64,000 nt of DNA from Verrucomicrobiota bacterium. Lineage in GTDB: Bacteria; Verrucomicrobiota; Verrucomicrobiia; Opitutales; Cerasicoccaceae. Positions 55,761-64,000 of this stretch are shown one piece after another (the stretch's first letter is position 1; every line of letters starts with the position of its first letter). The stretch lies in contig JBCBUK010000003.1 in assembly GCA_039818205.1 (NCBI GenBank), positions 96,001 to 160,000 on the forward strand, written 5' to 3'. The notes beneath the pieces are model-generated. The model ran no database searches and had not been told where the DNA came from. It saw nothing but the letters and a program-made list of their open reading frames with translations. The position numbers were made by a program, and so were the translations under genes.

Positions 55761-56792
55761 TTAATGGCTAGAAGCCTGGTTCTTCGAAAAAATCTGAAAG
55801 ACTTTGTTCTTGGCGCCGAGCGCCCGTGTGGCGATCGGATGATTCTTCGTCAGGGAGCGTATATGAATATCGAATGCCTTCTCTTCCTCGGTGAAGTCAC
55901 GGGGATTTTGACGAAGCCATTTTGCCAACGCTTTTAGCGCTTTGGTCGTTTGGTGGCGACGGGAACAGTACCCCGTTAGGGCACGATAAAACTGGGTCAT
56001 TCGGTAGCGGTCGGCTTTGAGCTTGATCATGCATTTCTCTAGATCAGACCACCATAGCTCATCGTATTTCCGATGCTCTTCCTGGTCGGTCATTCGGTTG
56101 CGTTCATGGACACCGCGGATAGCAATCGCTTCATCAATCGATCCAGATTCCAAGCGACCTATCGCTGCCATCCGACGCCAAAGGTGGATGTCTTGACGGA
56201 GGCGAAGTGCTGGATTGAACCGACCGACACGCTCCAATAAGGAACGGCGAACGGTAATGGCATCGGTATGAAATTCACCTTTGATTGTCAGGTGCTGTCC
56301 AAAAAGCACGCCGAATAGCTCATTCGGCTCAACCGGTGCGGTTAAAGTCGTAAACTCCTGGTAGCCGTAACCGGCATCGTGAAACTTCTTTCTGGCTTCG
56401 TCGCTTTCGTAGTGGATGCCAGTCGCGCCGTAGACTCCATCAATCCCAGGGTCTTGCGTCAACAATTCGATGTCCTTCTTGAAGCGATTGGGTAGATAGT
56501 AATCGTCGGCATCCAAGAATGCGACGAAGGGAAAATTTGCGTGGTCCAATCCGAGATTTCGACTGGCGCCTGCACCATGATTGCCGTGGTCGAGATGGCG
56601 GACCAGCTTAACCTTCTCAAATTCGGATTCAAGGTCTTGTGCGACGGCAAATGCATTGTCGGGCCCGGCATCGTCGACCAAGATGATTTCTCCGACCTCT
56701 TCCAAGTTAACCGCTGACTCAACGGCACGCCGCAAGGTCGATTCCGCATTGTATACGGGAGTAACGACACTAACTTGAAATGAATCCGGCAT
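55761..56792 (-). CDS. Glycosyltransferase family 2
   Basis: VSVVTPVYNA, GASRNLG and FLDADDYYLP motifs. Confidence 0.92.
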   Translation of the reverse strand: MPDSFQVSVVTPVYNAESTLRRAVESAVNLEEVGEIILVDDAGPDNAFAVAQDLESEFEKVKLVRHLDHGNHGAGASRNLGLDHANFPFVAFLDADDYYLPNRFKKDIELLTQDPGIDGVYGATGIHYESDEARKKFHDAGYGYQEFTTLTAPVEPNELFGVLFGQHLTIKGEFHTDAITVRRSLLERVGRFNPALRLRQDIHLWRRMAAIGRLESGSIDEAIAIRGVHERNRMTDQEEHRKYDELWWSDLEKCMIKLKADRYRMTQFYRALTGYCSRRHQTTKALKALAKWLRQNPRDFTEEEKAFDIHIRSLTKNHPIATRALGAKNKVFQIFSKNQASSH

Positions 56793-56824
56793 GGTTTGGT
56801 TGGCTAAACGAAATCAATCGATGA

Positions 56825-57982
56825 TCAGTTTTTACCTTTCGGCTTACTGCGATAAAGGTTGTCGAGTTTTGCGGAGACGACCCGCCAATCATACTGCTTA
56901 AGAATGTGTTCCCGTGCATTGGTTGAGCTTGGATTCGCCATCTCGCGTTCGGTGACTTCTGCCAGATCGTCGACATCTCCCAAGTCGTAGATTTTCCCGT
57001 ATTCACCTTGGTTGATAGCTTCGAGGCAACCGCGTTCATTGGGAACTATGATCGGCTTGTTTCTTGTCATGGCCTCAAGTACCAGCGTTGGAAGTCCCTC
57101 TCGGTGGCTGGTTACGACTAAAAGGGAACACGCAGCAATCGCATGTTGCACGGCCTCCTGACTGAAGGAACCGAGCATTGTCACATTGGGCAGCGGAGTT
57201 ATTCTCCACTTTTGAAAAGCTTCCGGACCCAAACCTTGGCCAATGACTACGAAGTCTAGATGGGGCAATCGTTCAGCTAATTGGATGAATTCACGAGGGT
57301 TTTTAATCGGGGTATCTCGACCAACATACAAGACGAATGGCTTCGTGATCCCAGTATCTCGGCGAAACTGCTCAGCGTCGCCGCGATCACACATTTGAGT
57401 ATCAACACCATTGGGAAGATATTCACAAATGATTCCATGATCAGATTTGAGATCGGCTTGTTGCCAGCGAGAAACCGATAGTCTGATATCGGCGTGGCAA
57501 GCCTCATTGATTAGGGCATCATTGATCTCGATCTGCCAATCCTCGAGCCCACTCTTGCCATGTTCGGGAACATAGGGAAGGTGATAGGTATGTATCCAGT
57601 ATGATCCGCGTTTTTGTAGCTCGTGCGCCCAACGGATAATCCAAGGAACGACGTGGGTGTGGACGACTGGCTGACCGTTGGGGATAAAACCCAGTAAGTC
57701 TTCTTGCATCGCTGGAAGAAAGTCTCGAGTGCTCTTGATTATTGATTCGTTGGGCACGACTTCCAATGAAAGCTCTGAGTGTCTCTGGATCGCAAGAATG
57801 TGATTGCGAACTCCACCATGCGTATGAGACGAGCCAATAAAAACATCCGGATTACTCTGTATTACAGAGTTTTTCCACCGTTGGTAGTTGTTCCATTTTT
57901 CTTGGCGGCTGCGTATGATCCGATACGTCTTCCATTCCTGGTTGATGCGGGCGACATATCCTTTGAGGCGGGCCGTGAGCAT
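56825..57982 (-). CDS. Glycosyltransferase family 4
   Basis: LPNGVD, YVGR..PIKN and EGLPTLVLEAM motifs. Confidence 0.9.
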   Translation of the reverse strand: MLTARLKGYVARINQEWKTYRIIRSRQEKWNNYQRWKNSVIQSNPDVFIGSSHTHGGVRNHILAIQRHSELSLEVVPNESIIKSTRDFLPAMQEDLLGFIPNGQPVVHTHVVPWIIRWAHELQKRGSYWIHTYHLPYVPEHGKSGLEDWQIEINDALINEACHADIRLSVSRWQQADLKSDHGIICEYLPNGVDTQMCDRGDAEQFRRDTGITKPFVLYVGRDTPIKNPREFIQLAERLPHLDFVVIGQGLGPEAFQKWRITPLPNVTMLGSFSQEAVQHAIAACSLLVVTSHREGLPTLVLEAMTRNKPIIVPNERGCLEAINQGEYGKIYDLGDVDDLAEVTEREMANPSSTNAREHILKQYDWRVVSAKLDNLYRSKPKGKN

Positions 57983-58018
57983 GGGACGATCGAAAGTCGG
58001 TGACGGTTAGGAGTGGGA

Positions 58019-59185
58019 CTAGTTGCGAGGTGCGCTCTCGTTCTCACGGATGGTTTGGAGCGTTTCATTTGTAAGCTTAGCGATACTGTATTCGCTCGTC
58101 ACGCGCTCGCGGTTTCGTTTGCCGTGGGCCTCTCGCTCCTGCGGATGATCTAGGAAATGCAGGCATCTCTGGGCTAGCGCATCCGCATCGTCTGCGGGGG
58201 CCAGACACTCCTTGGCGGACGGTTCGCCGAGGGCTTGACGCATACCAGAAATGTCAGTGCCCAGAACACACTTGCGGTTGGCCATACCTTCGAGCGCAGC
58301 GTTTGGGCAGCCTTCAAATTTTGAGCTATGTACAACGATATCTGCAGCCGAGATTAGCTCACTGACGTTGTCTACGCGTCCGGGGAGAAGGACATCAGCG
58401 CTCGATAGTCCAAGGTCATAGAGCAAGACTTTAAGGTCGGTTGTGGTATCAGCATGGCGACCAGCGCACACCAAGACCTGCCGCTTGTCTGGACGGGCTT
58501 TTTTGATTTTTGCAAATGCTTTGATCAATGTTGAGTGGTCTTTATACTTGGTCAGATTAGCGGTCATTAGGAGAAGTGAGTCATTGGGCCCGAGGGATAG
58601 GTCCTTGCGCCACTTTGCTCCATCACTCAACTCCGGAAGTATAATGCCATTATTGATTACGCGGATTTGTTGCGCCTCCAAACCGAAAGTCCGCATCAGA
58701 AAATCTTGTCCCTCGTAGGAGTTTGAAACGATGGCAGGCATTCGCCGAATTAGATAATTTTCGAGGCGACTCCCAAATATATCCCGTCCTTCATCCCGTT
58801 GGTTCCACCAAGTAAATGAGGCACCGCTAAACTTCCAAATCAGGCCGGCAACCTTACAGTTAATACCAATGTAGGGAAGGAAGTAGTCTGGTTTGATCGT
58901 TTCCCGGCAATAGGCGGCCATCTGCTTCAATCCGAGGATGCGATTGAGCGGGCTGCCTTTCCAATTGAGCGGGACTTTATGGCAGCTCGCACCAAGTGCT
59001 TCAAATCGCTCGGACACCGTTCCCATTTTTCCCCAGGTGAGAACCGAGACTTTGGCTCCAATTTGATTGATGAGTGACTCAGCGAGAATCAATGCCTGGC
59101 GTTCAGCGCCGCCAAACGAACGCAATTGGCCAAACACAAACACGAAGTGCTTGCTCTCAAAGTAGGCGTGATCGATCGAAGCCAT
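58019..59185 (-). CDS. Glycosyltransferase family 4
   Basis: GGAERQ, INNGI, KDHSTL and EGCPNAALEGM motifs. Confidence 0.9.
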   Translation of the reverse strand: MASIDHAYFESKHFVFVFGQLRSFGGAERQALILAESLINQIGAKVSVLTWGKMGTVSERFEALGASCHKVPLNWKGSPLNRILGLKQMAAYCRETIKPDYFLPYIGINCKVAGLIWKFSGASFTWWNQRDEGRDIFGSRLENYLIRRMPAIVSNSYEGQDFLMRTFGLEAQQIRVINNGIILPELSDGAKWRKDLSLGPNDSLLLMTANLTKYKDHSTLIKAFAKIKKARPDKRQVLVCAGRHADTTTDLKVLLYDLGLSSADVLLPGRVDNVSELISAADIVVHSSKFEGCPNAALEGMANRKCVLGTDISGMRQALGEPSAKECLAPADDADALAQRCLHFLDHPQEREAHGKRNRERVTSEYSIAKLTNETLQTIRENESAPRN

Positions 59186-59188
59186 ACG

Positions 59189-61069
59189 TTAGGCGGCGGG
59201 AGCCGACATGGGTGAATGCTCGGTCTGGAGCCAATACTCGAGGACTAGCAGCAGCCACTTGTTGACGGACGATGCATTCGTTGTCACTGAACGGATTGCC
59301 TGTGGATCAAAATAGTTTGCGACTTTTGCCGAAGACGCATTCAACACTTCGCCAATAATTGACGATTTCTCTGAGTCGTGTTTGAGCCAAGTATCCAAAG
59401 GCAGGGTGAAGCCTTGCTTTTGTCGGTAGGCAAACTCACGACCCATCTTTCGGGCAAGTAGATCCTTTAGCGGTTTTTTTCCGACATAGTCGCGGCCAAT
59501 CTTGCCATTGTGGAGCATGGACTCAGGAATCCGTGCGATCAGATTGAACACTCGCTTGTCGAGAATTGGCGGCCGCGACTCCAATCCGAAACGCATGCTG
59601 GCGATGTCAACTTTCGTTAGGATGTCATCCTGCATGAAGGTTTGTATGTCGCAGTTTTGAGCGCGGTTCAGGGAACCTTCACCTTGTGAATTTAGGAACG
59701 CGTCGGCGAAGGCCTCGTCTGGAAGGTCGGCTACGAAGCGGTGTGGCTCTTGCCAGAGAATCTCACGATTCGGGTGGTCAAAACGAAGCAATGGTTCATT
59801 CCAGGCGCGGTGGTCGCGACCTGGGTCGGCTACTACCGGATAATGATTTGGACGAAACTTGCGGATGATCGGTGCGAGAGATTTCTTCAGGCCTGATTGG
59901 CGAATGCGGGGCTGGTTGCGCTCCACGTATTTAAGCCAGCGACCGTAAGAGCTGTAGCCAGCGAGTAGTTCGTCACCCCCATCGCCGGATATGACCATTG
60001 GGACGTGTTTCTGCGCCAGCTTACAAACCCGCCAGGTGGGAATTGCAGACTGGTCTCCGAATGGCTCGCCGAAGTGTTGAACCAGCTCAGGCAATACCTC
60101 CAATGCGTCGAAGTGGACGAGCTCTTCGTAATGTTGAGTCTTGTACTTCTCGGCTACGGTTCGGGCGAATTGCAATTCATTGGCTTCATCTTCTTCAAAA
60201 CCAATCGAAAATGTGCGAACTGGTTCATCAAGGATGTCTGCCATGTAGGCGACCATGAGGCTGGAATCAACGCCTCCCGATAGAAAGGCGCCGAAGGGCA
60301 CATCACTCACCAAATGCCGCTTGACCGAGTCTCTCAGGCAAGCATCGAGCTCGTCAACTAGGTCCGCTTGAGATCGCTTCTTCTTTTGGGCAAAGTCCGG
60401 TTTCCAGTAGGTTTCGATCTTGCGGAAAGGATCCCGCATGCGAACCGTCATCATACTGCCGGCGGGAAGTTTGAACGTTTTGCGGTAGATTGTTTTGGGG
60501 GCCGTGATGTATTGGAACCTGAGATAGGTGTCCATTGCACCGAGATCAATTTCACCCTTCCATTCGGGAATGTGTTTGATCGCCTGAAATTCTGAGGCGA
60601 ATGCAAACCGATTACCGTCCCAATAATAGAGCAGCGGTTTTATGCCAAAGGGATCACGTGCGAGAAAAATCTCTTGTTTGGAATAGTCAGCGACCGCGAA
60701 TGCAAACATTCCCTCGAGTTTCTCCACACAATTTTTGCCCCATTTCTGATACGCCCGCAGTAACACTTCGGTATCTGATTGAGTTCGGAAACGATAGCCG
60801 TCGGATTCTAGAGTCTTGCGCAGCTCTTGGTAGTTGTAGATCTCTCCGTTGTAGGTGAGGTAAATGTTTCCACTCTCGTCGGCCATCGGTTGGGCACCGC
60901 CTTCCAGGTCGATGATCGACAAACGCCGGTGACCAATTGCTAGATTTCCTTGATGAAAAGTGCCTGAACCATTGGGGCCGCGATGAGCGATCGCTGCGGT
61001 CATGTCGTCTACGACTTTTGCCGCGTCGACGCTCAGCGTGTAATCAAGATATCCGCAGATGCCGCACAT
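59189..61069 (-). CDS. asnB: Asparagine synthase (glutamine-hydrolysing), polysaccharide amidotransferase type
   Basis: MCGICG, HRRLSIID, NGEIYN, LSGGVDSS, SGDGGDE and KQGF motifs. Confidence 0.95.
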   Translation of the reverse strand: MCGICGYLDYTLSVDAAKVVDDMTAAIAHRGPNGSGTFHQGNLAIGHRRLSIIDLEGGAQPMADESGNIYLTYNGEIYNYQELRKTLESDGYRFRTQSDTEVLLRAYQKWGKNCVEKLEGMFAFAVADYSKQEIFLARDPFGIKPLLYYWDGNRFAFASEFQAIKHIPEWKGEIDLGAMDTYLRFQYITAPKTIYRKTFKLPAGSMMTVRMRDPFRKIETYWKPDFAQKKKRSQADLVDELDACLRDSVKRHLVSDVPFGAFLSGGVDSSLMVAYMADILDEPVRTFSIGFEEDEANELQFARTVAEKYKTQHYEELVHFDALEVLPELVQHFGEPFGDQSAIPTWRVCKLAQKHVPMVISGDGGDELLAGYSSYGRWLKYVERNQPRIRQSGLKKSLAPIIRKFRPNHYPVVADPGRDHRAWNEPLLRFDHPNREILWQEPHRFVADLPDEAFADAFLNSQGEGSLNRAQNCDIQTFMQDDILTKVDIASMRFGLESRPPILDKRVFNLIARIPESMLHNGKIGRDYVGKKPLKDLLARKMGREFAYRQKQGFTLPLDTWLKHDSEKSSIIGEVLNASSAKVANYFDPQAIRSVTTNASSVNKWLLLVLEYWLQTEHSPMSAPAA

Positions 61070-61075
61070 AGGAAC

Positions 61076-62326
61076 CTATCGAACTGATTGCGATTGCCAA
61101 TCGGCTAGTAGCTGGACTCCAGCTCCCGATGGAGATTCGCCCGCAACGCTTCCGCAAAAAGCGCGATCATACTGGCAGTAGGTGCGCTCCAAGTTCGGGT
61201 GGACGAAAATAAGAGATAATTGGTAGCGACCAGGGTTTAGCGAAAGGGAATCAACGGTTAGCTTGAGCGTGGTTTCACCTTGCTTGGCATCGAAGTAATA
61301 ACCGGCATTCTCTTTTCGATCAACGACGTCCAATACGGGGATCAAGTCTTGGTTCCAAAACAGCACCTGGGCTCGCGCACCCGGCAGGTCATGCTTAATG
61401 CGGATTCGGGTTTCGACTTCAAATTTGCCGTGCTGGGGGATGGAAAAATTTCCTTCCAGCTGGCAGGTGTCCGTAGCGGTTGTCACCTTCGCTTCGATGA
61501 CTTCAATTTCGCCCGAGCCAGCAACGCTGGACTCACCGGAACCAAACAGATTGAAATAGGTTTCGACTCCTTTGCCGACATCAGCGCCATTGAATTGGGC
61601 TTCGCCCTTCTTCATGACCAACATGTGGTTGCACACGCGGAGAATCTGAGGCATCGAGTGCGAGACGAAGACAACCGCAGAATTCTTGAGCATATTGCTC
61701 ATGGCACTCAGGCATTTGTGCCGAAACCCAACGTCGCCGACCGCCAGAACTTCATCCAGTAGCAAGACATCGGGTTTTAGTTGAGCCGCGACGGCAAAGC
61801 CAAGCCGAACCTTCATTCCCGAGCTGTAATTCTGAACCGGCGTGTCGATTGCGGGTGCTATCTCAGCGAAGTCCACGATCTCATCAAAGCACTTGGTGAT
61901 CTCTCGTTTGCTGATTCCTAAGAGCGCGCCCTGGTTATAAATGTTCTCACGACCAGTTAAAATTGGGCTAAAGCCAGCGCTCAACTCGATCAGAGCACAA
62001 ACCCGGCCACGCATCGTAATCCGTCCCGTGTCTGGTTTGATCAGTTGGTTCAGGATTTTTAGCAGCGTACTTTTTCCAGCCCCGTTATGACCTACGAGGC
62101 CGAGACAATCGCCTCGTTTGAGCGAAAAATTAATATCCGATACCGCCCAGAACTCTTGATCACGTAGCGGAGGCTTGGCTTCGCCGGTTTCCCATTTCGA
62201 TCCATCATTGCTGAATGGATTTACCGCGTGGCCAATGTCTTTTACCCCGTAAAAAAGCGATTTTTTCAGCGAGCGGCAGAATTTTTTTCCGACGTTTTCG
62301 GCGACAATGAGCGGTTCTTCAGGCAC
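61076..62326 (-). CDS. wzt: Polysaccharide ABC exporter ATP-binding protein with a Wzt C-terminal domain
   Basis: GHNGAGKST, YSSGMKVRLGF, DEVLAVGD and VSHS motifs; C-terminal Ig-like region (LNPGRYQLS). Confidence 0.93.
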   Translation of the reverse strand: MPEEPLIVAENVGKKFCRSLKKSLFYGVKDIGHAVNPFSNDGSKWETGEAKPPLRDQEFWAVSDINFSLKRGDCLGLVGHNGAGKSTLLKILNQLIKPDTGRITMRGRVCALIELSAGFSPILTGRENIYNQGALLGISKREITKCFDEIVDFAEIAPAIDTPVQNYSSGMKVRLGFAVAAQLKPDVLLLDEVLAVGDVGFRHKCLSAMSNMLKNSAVVFVSHSMPQILRVCNHMLVMKKGEAQFNGADVGKGVETYFNLFGSGESSVAGSGEIEVIEAKVTTATDTCQLEGNFSIPQHGKFEVETRIRIKHDLPGARAQVLFWNQDLIPVLDVVDRKENAGYYFDAKQGETTLKLTVDSLSLNPGRYQLSLIFVHPNLERTYCQYDRAFCGSVAGESPSGAGVQLLADWQSQSVR

Positions 62327-62343
62327 TTTTTTGGAGAAATCGG

Positions 62344-63186
62344 TTAGGCTGAGAGTCTTTCAACAAGATAGGGTACCGTAATTTTAAAGATGAACACTCC
62401 CAAGATTAGGGCTACGATACTCACAAGGAAAATAGCAATGAATGGGCCGGTGAGAATTGGGCCGTCACCAATGACCCAAGAGCGCGCTGTCGCCAATAAA
62501 GGTGTCACCGGATTGATGTCGCTGACAAACTTTGCCAACCCACCTTTGGGGAGCGGGTAAATGACTGGAGTCAAAAAGAATGCAAGCCGGAGAAGCAGCT
62601 GGATGGCTCGGCTGACGTCCGTATATAGCGTGGCGATCGGGAGCAGAAAAACGGCGAATGCCGCCCCCAATACCAGTAGCGCGAGCAAGCCAATCGGAAA
62701 AAGCAGTAGGCCGGATTGCAGGGGGACTTTGTAGTAGAGCAGCGTCGGAAATAGCAGCAAGAACGGTGCAACCGCATTTAGCGACGCTTTGCCAAACGCT
62801 GAAATCAAGAGCGCCTCATGCGGGATGTTTATTTTTGCAATCAGTGTCCGGGCTTCAATGAGAGCCGTTAGGACGCCTAGGACCATCGAATTGAAGGCGA
62901 GCCAAAGGAGATTTCCGGTTAGAACGAAAAGTGGGTAGGGGACGTTGCCGGTGTCGACTGAGATCACCTTTTGCTGGTTTAGGTAGATCCAAATCATCGT
63001 GTTCGCGATGGGTGGCAGGAAGATCCAAGCATATCCAAGGAGACTTTGCCGGTACATCGTACGGACATCCCGTATAAACATCCGAGTTGCGAGCTCTCGT
63101 GTCGTGCCCGCATTGGCAATCATCGAGCGGGCGGTGTGGCGAAAGGCATCAAGGCCCGAGTCGGGTGAGATTATAGTTTCTTTCAC
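62344..63186 (-). CDS. wzm: Polysaccharide ABC exporter permease
   Basis: RDVRTMYRQSLLGYAW, PYPLF, FLTPVIYP and NPVT motifs; 6 TM helices. Confidence 0.93.
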   Translation of the reverse strand: MKETIISPDSGLDAFRHTARSMIANAGTTRELATRMFIRDVRTMYRQSLLGYAWIFLPPIANTMIWIYLNQQKVISVDTGNVPYPLFVLTGNLLWLAFNSMVLGVLTALIEARTLIAKINIPHEALLISAFGKASLNAVAPFLLLFPTLLYYKVPLQSGLLLFPIGLLALLVLGAAFAVFLLPIATLYTDVSRAIQLLLRLAFFLTPVIYPLPKGGLAKFVSDINPVTPLLATARSWVIGDGPILTGPFIAIFLVSIVALILGVFIFKITVPYLVERLSA

Positions 63187-63230
63187 GCTGCTAGTTCTCG
63201 AAAAAGGGCTCTAAATAGTCTTGGATTCTC

Positions 63231-63242
63231 CACGCTGCCGCC
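63231..63242 (-). promoter_or_regulatory. ops-like pause/antitermination element in the wzm leader
   Basis: Minus strand GGCGGCAGCGTG, an 11/12 match to canonical ops GGCGGTAGCGTG, 45 nt upstream of the wzm start. Confidence 0.45.
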
Positions 63243-63399
63243 TCAGGTCAGATTCAGCATATCGCCAAAAAACCCGTCTGAATCAGAGCAATAGTGGAGC
63301 ATCGGCACGAATACCTTAAAGTGTTCAATACAAAATGAACAAAACGATCGCTGTCAAACCCGTTATCGGCGCAACCTGTTTTGGTGCCATCGCGATTGG

Positions 63400-64000
63400 C
63401 TATATTGCCGCTTGCTGATTCTGTTTCAGCATCTCGAGGAACCGGTACTCAGGATCTAAGCGCTCACGCAATGTCTCGATTGCCTGGTCAGGAAAGGGGC
63501 GGTCGCTGGTTTTTTTGCGATGTTGGGTGGGTAGGGTCAGCCCAAGATATTTGCCAAGATCGTCGAGATTTTCTTGGAGATTTTCGGTAAAGAGTATCCG
63601 GTCGATTTTTTGGCAAGAGTTCAAAGCTTCCTGGATATCAAGAGCTTCCGAAAACATGAAGAGCTGGTTCAGCAGCCGATCCCCGGGAATGTTGTGAGCG
63701 AAATCCTCAAGTGAACTCCCCATCCAAGCCCCTTCGGTTTTCATACAGGGGTGATCGATTTTCGATTCCTCATAATGCTTGAGCATCTTGTAATGGGAGA
63801 GAACGCGTTTTATCGGATCACGGAAACAAGTGATGGTGAAGGTCTTTGGAGGCAGATTGAGGCCCCAAAACGGGTTATGGGAGAACGCAAAGAAGTAATT
63901 CCCGGCTTGGATTTTTTCGAACTCCCAGCCCTGGTAGACAAATCCATTGCATTCGACCAGGTGATCTGGCGCTGCAATAATATCATCGTAGATTTTTTGG
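63400..64000 (-). CDS. Sulfotransferase-family protein (5' end outside the window)
   Basis: The frame is open from the window edge (QKIYDDII...AFSHNPF...TITCFRDPIKRVLSHYKML...). It has the RDP..R..S 3'-PB motif and a C-terminal LDPEYRFLE; the 128-aa track ORF is only its C-terminal part. Confidence 0.75.
   Translation of the reverse strand, partial: QKIYDDIIAAPDHLVECNGFVYQGWEFEKIQAGNYFFAFSHNPFWGLNLPPKTFTITCFRDPIKRVLSHYKMLKHYEESKIDHPCMKTEGAWMGSSLEDFAHNIPGDRLLNQLFMFSEALDIQEALNSCQKIDRILFTENLQENLDDLGKYLGLTLPTQHRKKTSDRPFPDQAIETLRERLDPEYRFLEMLKQNQQAAI

Noticed and set aside
63330..63390. Promoter for wzm (TTGACA at 63352-63357; TGGCAC...TTGC nearby)
   Set aside because: No -10 at 16-18 nt spacing, and the sigma54-like pair is spaced 9 nt instead of 5.
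1..64000. CRISPR arrays, tRNA/rRNA/tmRNA, IS elements, integrases, prophage
   Set aside because: None recognised by eye; intergenic spaces are short, and no regular repeats or transposase/integrase motifs were seen. A covariance-model scan would be needed to exclude small RNAs.

Overview
64 kb of bacterial chromosome, most likely Verrucomicrobiota (Opitutae/Puniceicoccales-like). This is inferred from the short omega subunit next to smpB, the exosortase/PEP-CTERM genes and the 'LLPEE'-ending TPR proteins. It has five blocks. (1) 1-6.3 kb: partial RNase Y, an exosortase-EpsI fusion, a GT9, an O-antigen-ligase-like protein and a secreted hypothetical. (2) 6.4-17.0 kb: a divergently transcribed organoarsenic (arsenosugar) locus. 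The left arm has arsS (radical SAM), arsM, an MTAP-family nucleoside phosphorylase and a TIGR04282-type transferase. The right arm has DUF547, an apparently circularly permuted TrxR-like flavoprotein fused to a membrane Fe-S domain, a CesA-like GT2, and a GT-C (GT87-like)::TIGR04283-type GT2 fusion. No arsenic efflux pump, ArsC or ArsR was recognised. (3) 17.1-23.5 kb: rpoZ, smpB, a GreA-like protein, a single-chain triple-PII protein with a tandem DUF1538 transporter, and htpG. (4) 23.6-38.5 kb: a PEP-CTERM/exosortase locus with two interleaved pairs of paralogous membrane-anchored TPR proteins, an O-ligase, a FecR-domain protein, an outer-membrane barrel and a phosphodiester glycosidase. (5) 38.5-64 kb: a large minus-strand surface-glycan cluster (Wzm/Wzt, AsnB, about 13-15 glycosyltransferases, two sulfotransferases, FkbM, an epimerase, a Wzy-like protein), with an ops-like element in the wzm leader. 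The best candidate for an undescribed system is the arsenosugar locus. It appears to encode the steps downstream of ArsM/ArsS that could turn dimethylarsinoyl-adenosine into a lipid- or envelope-linked arsenosugar. All family assignments come from motif recognition by eye; no database searches were run.
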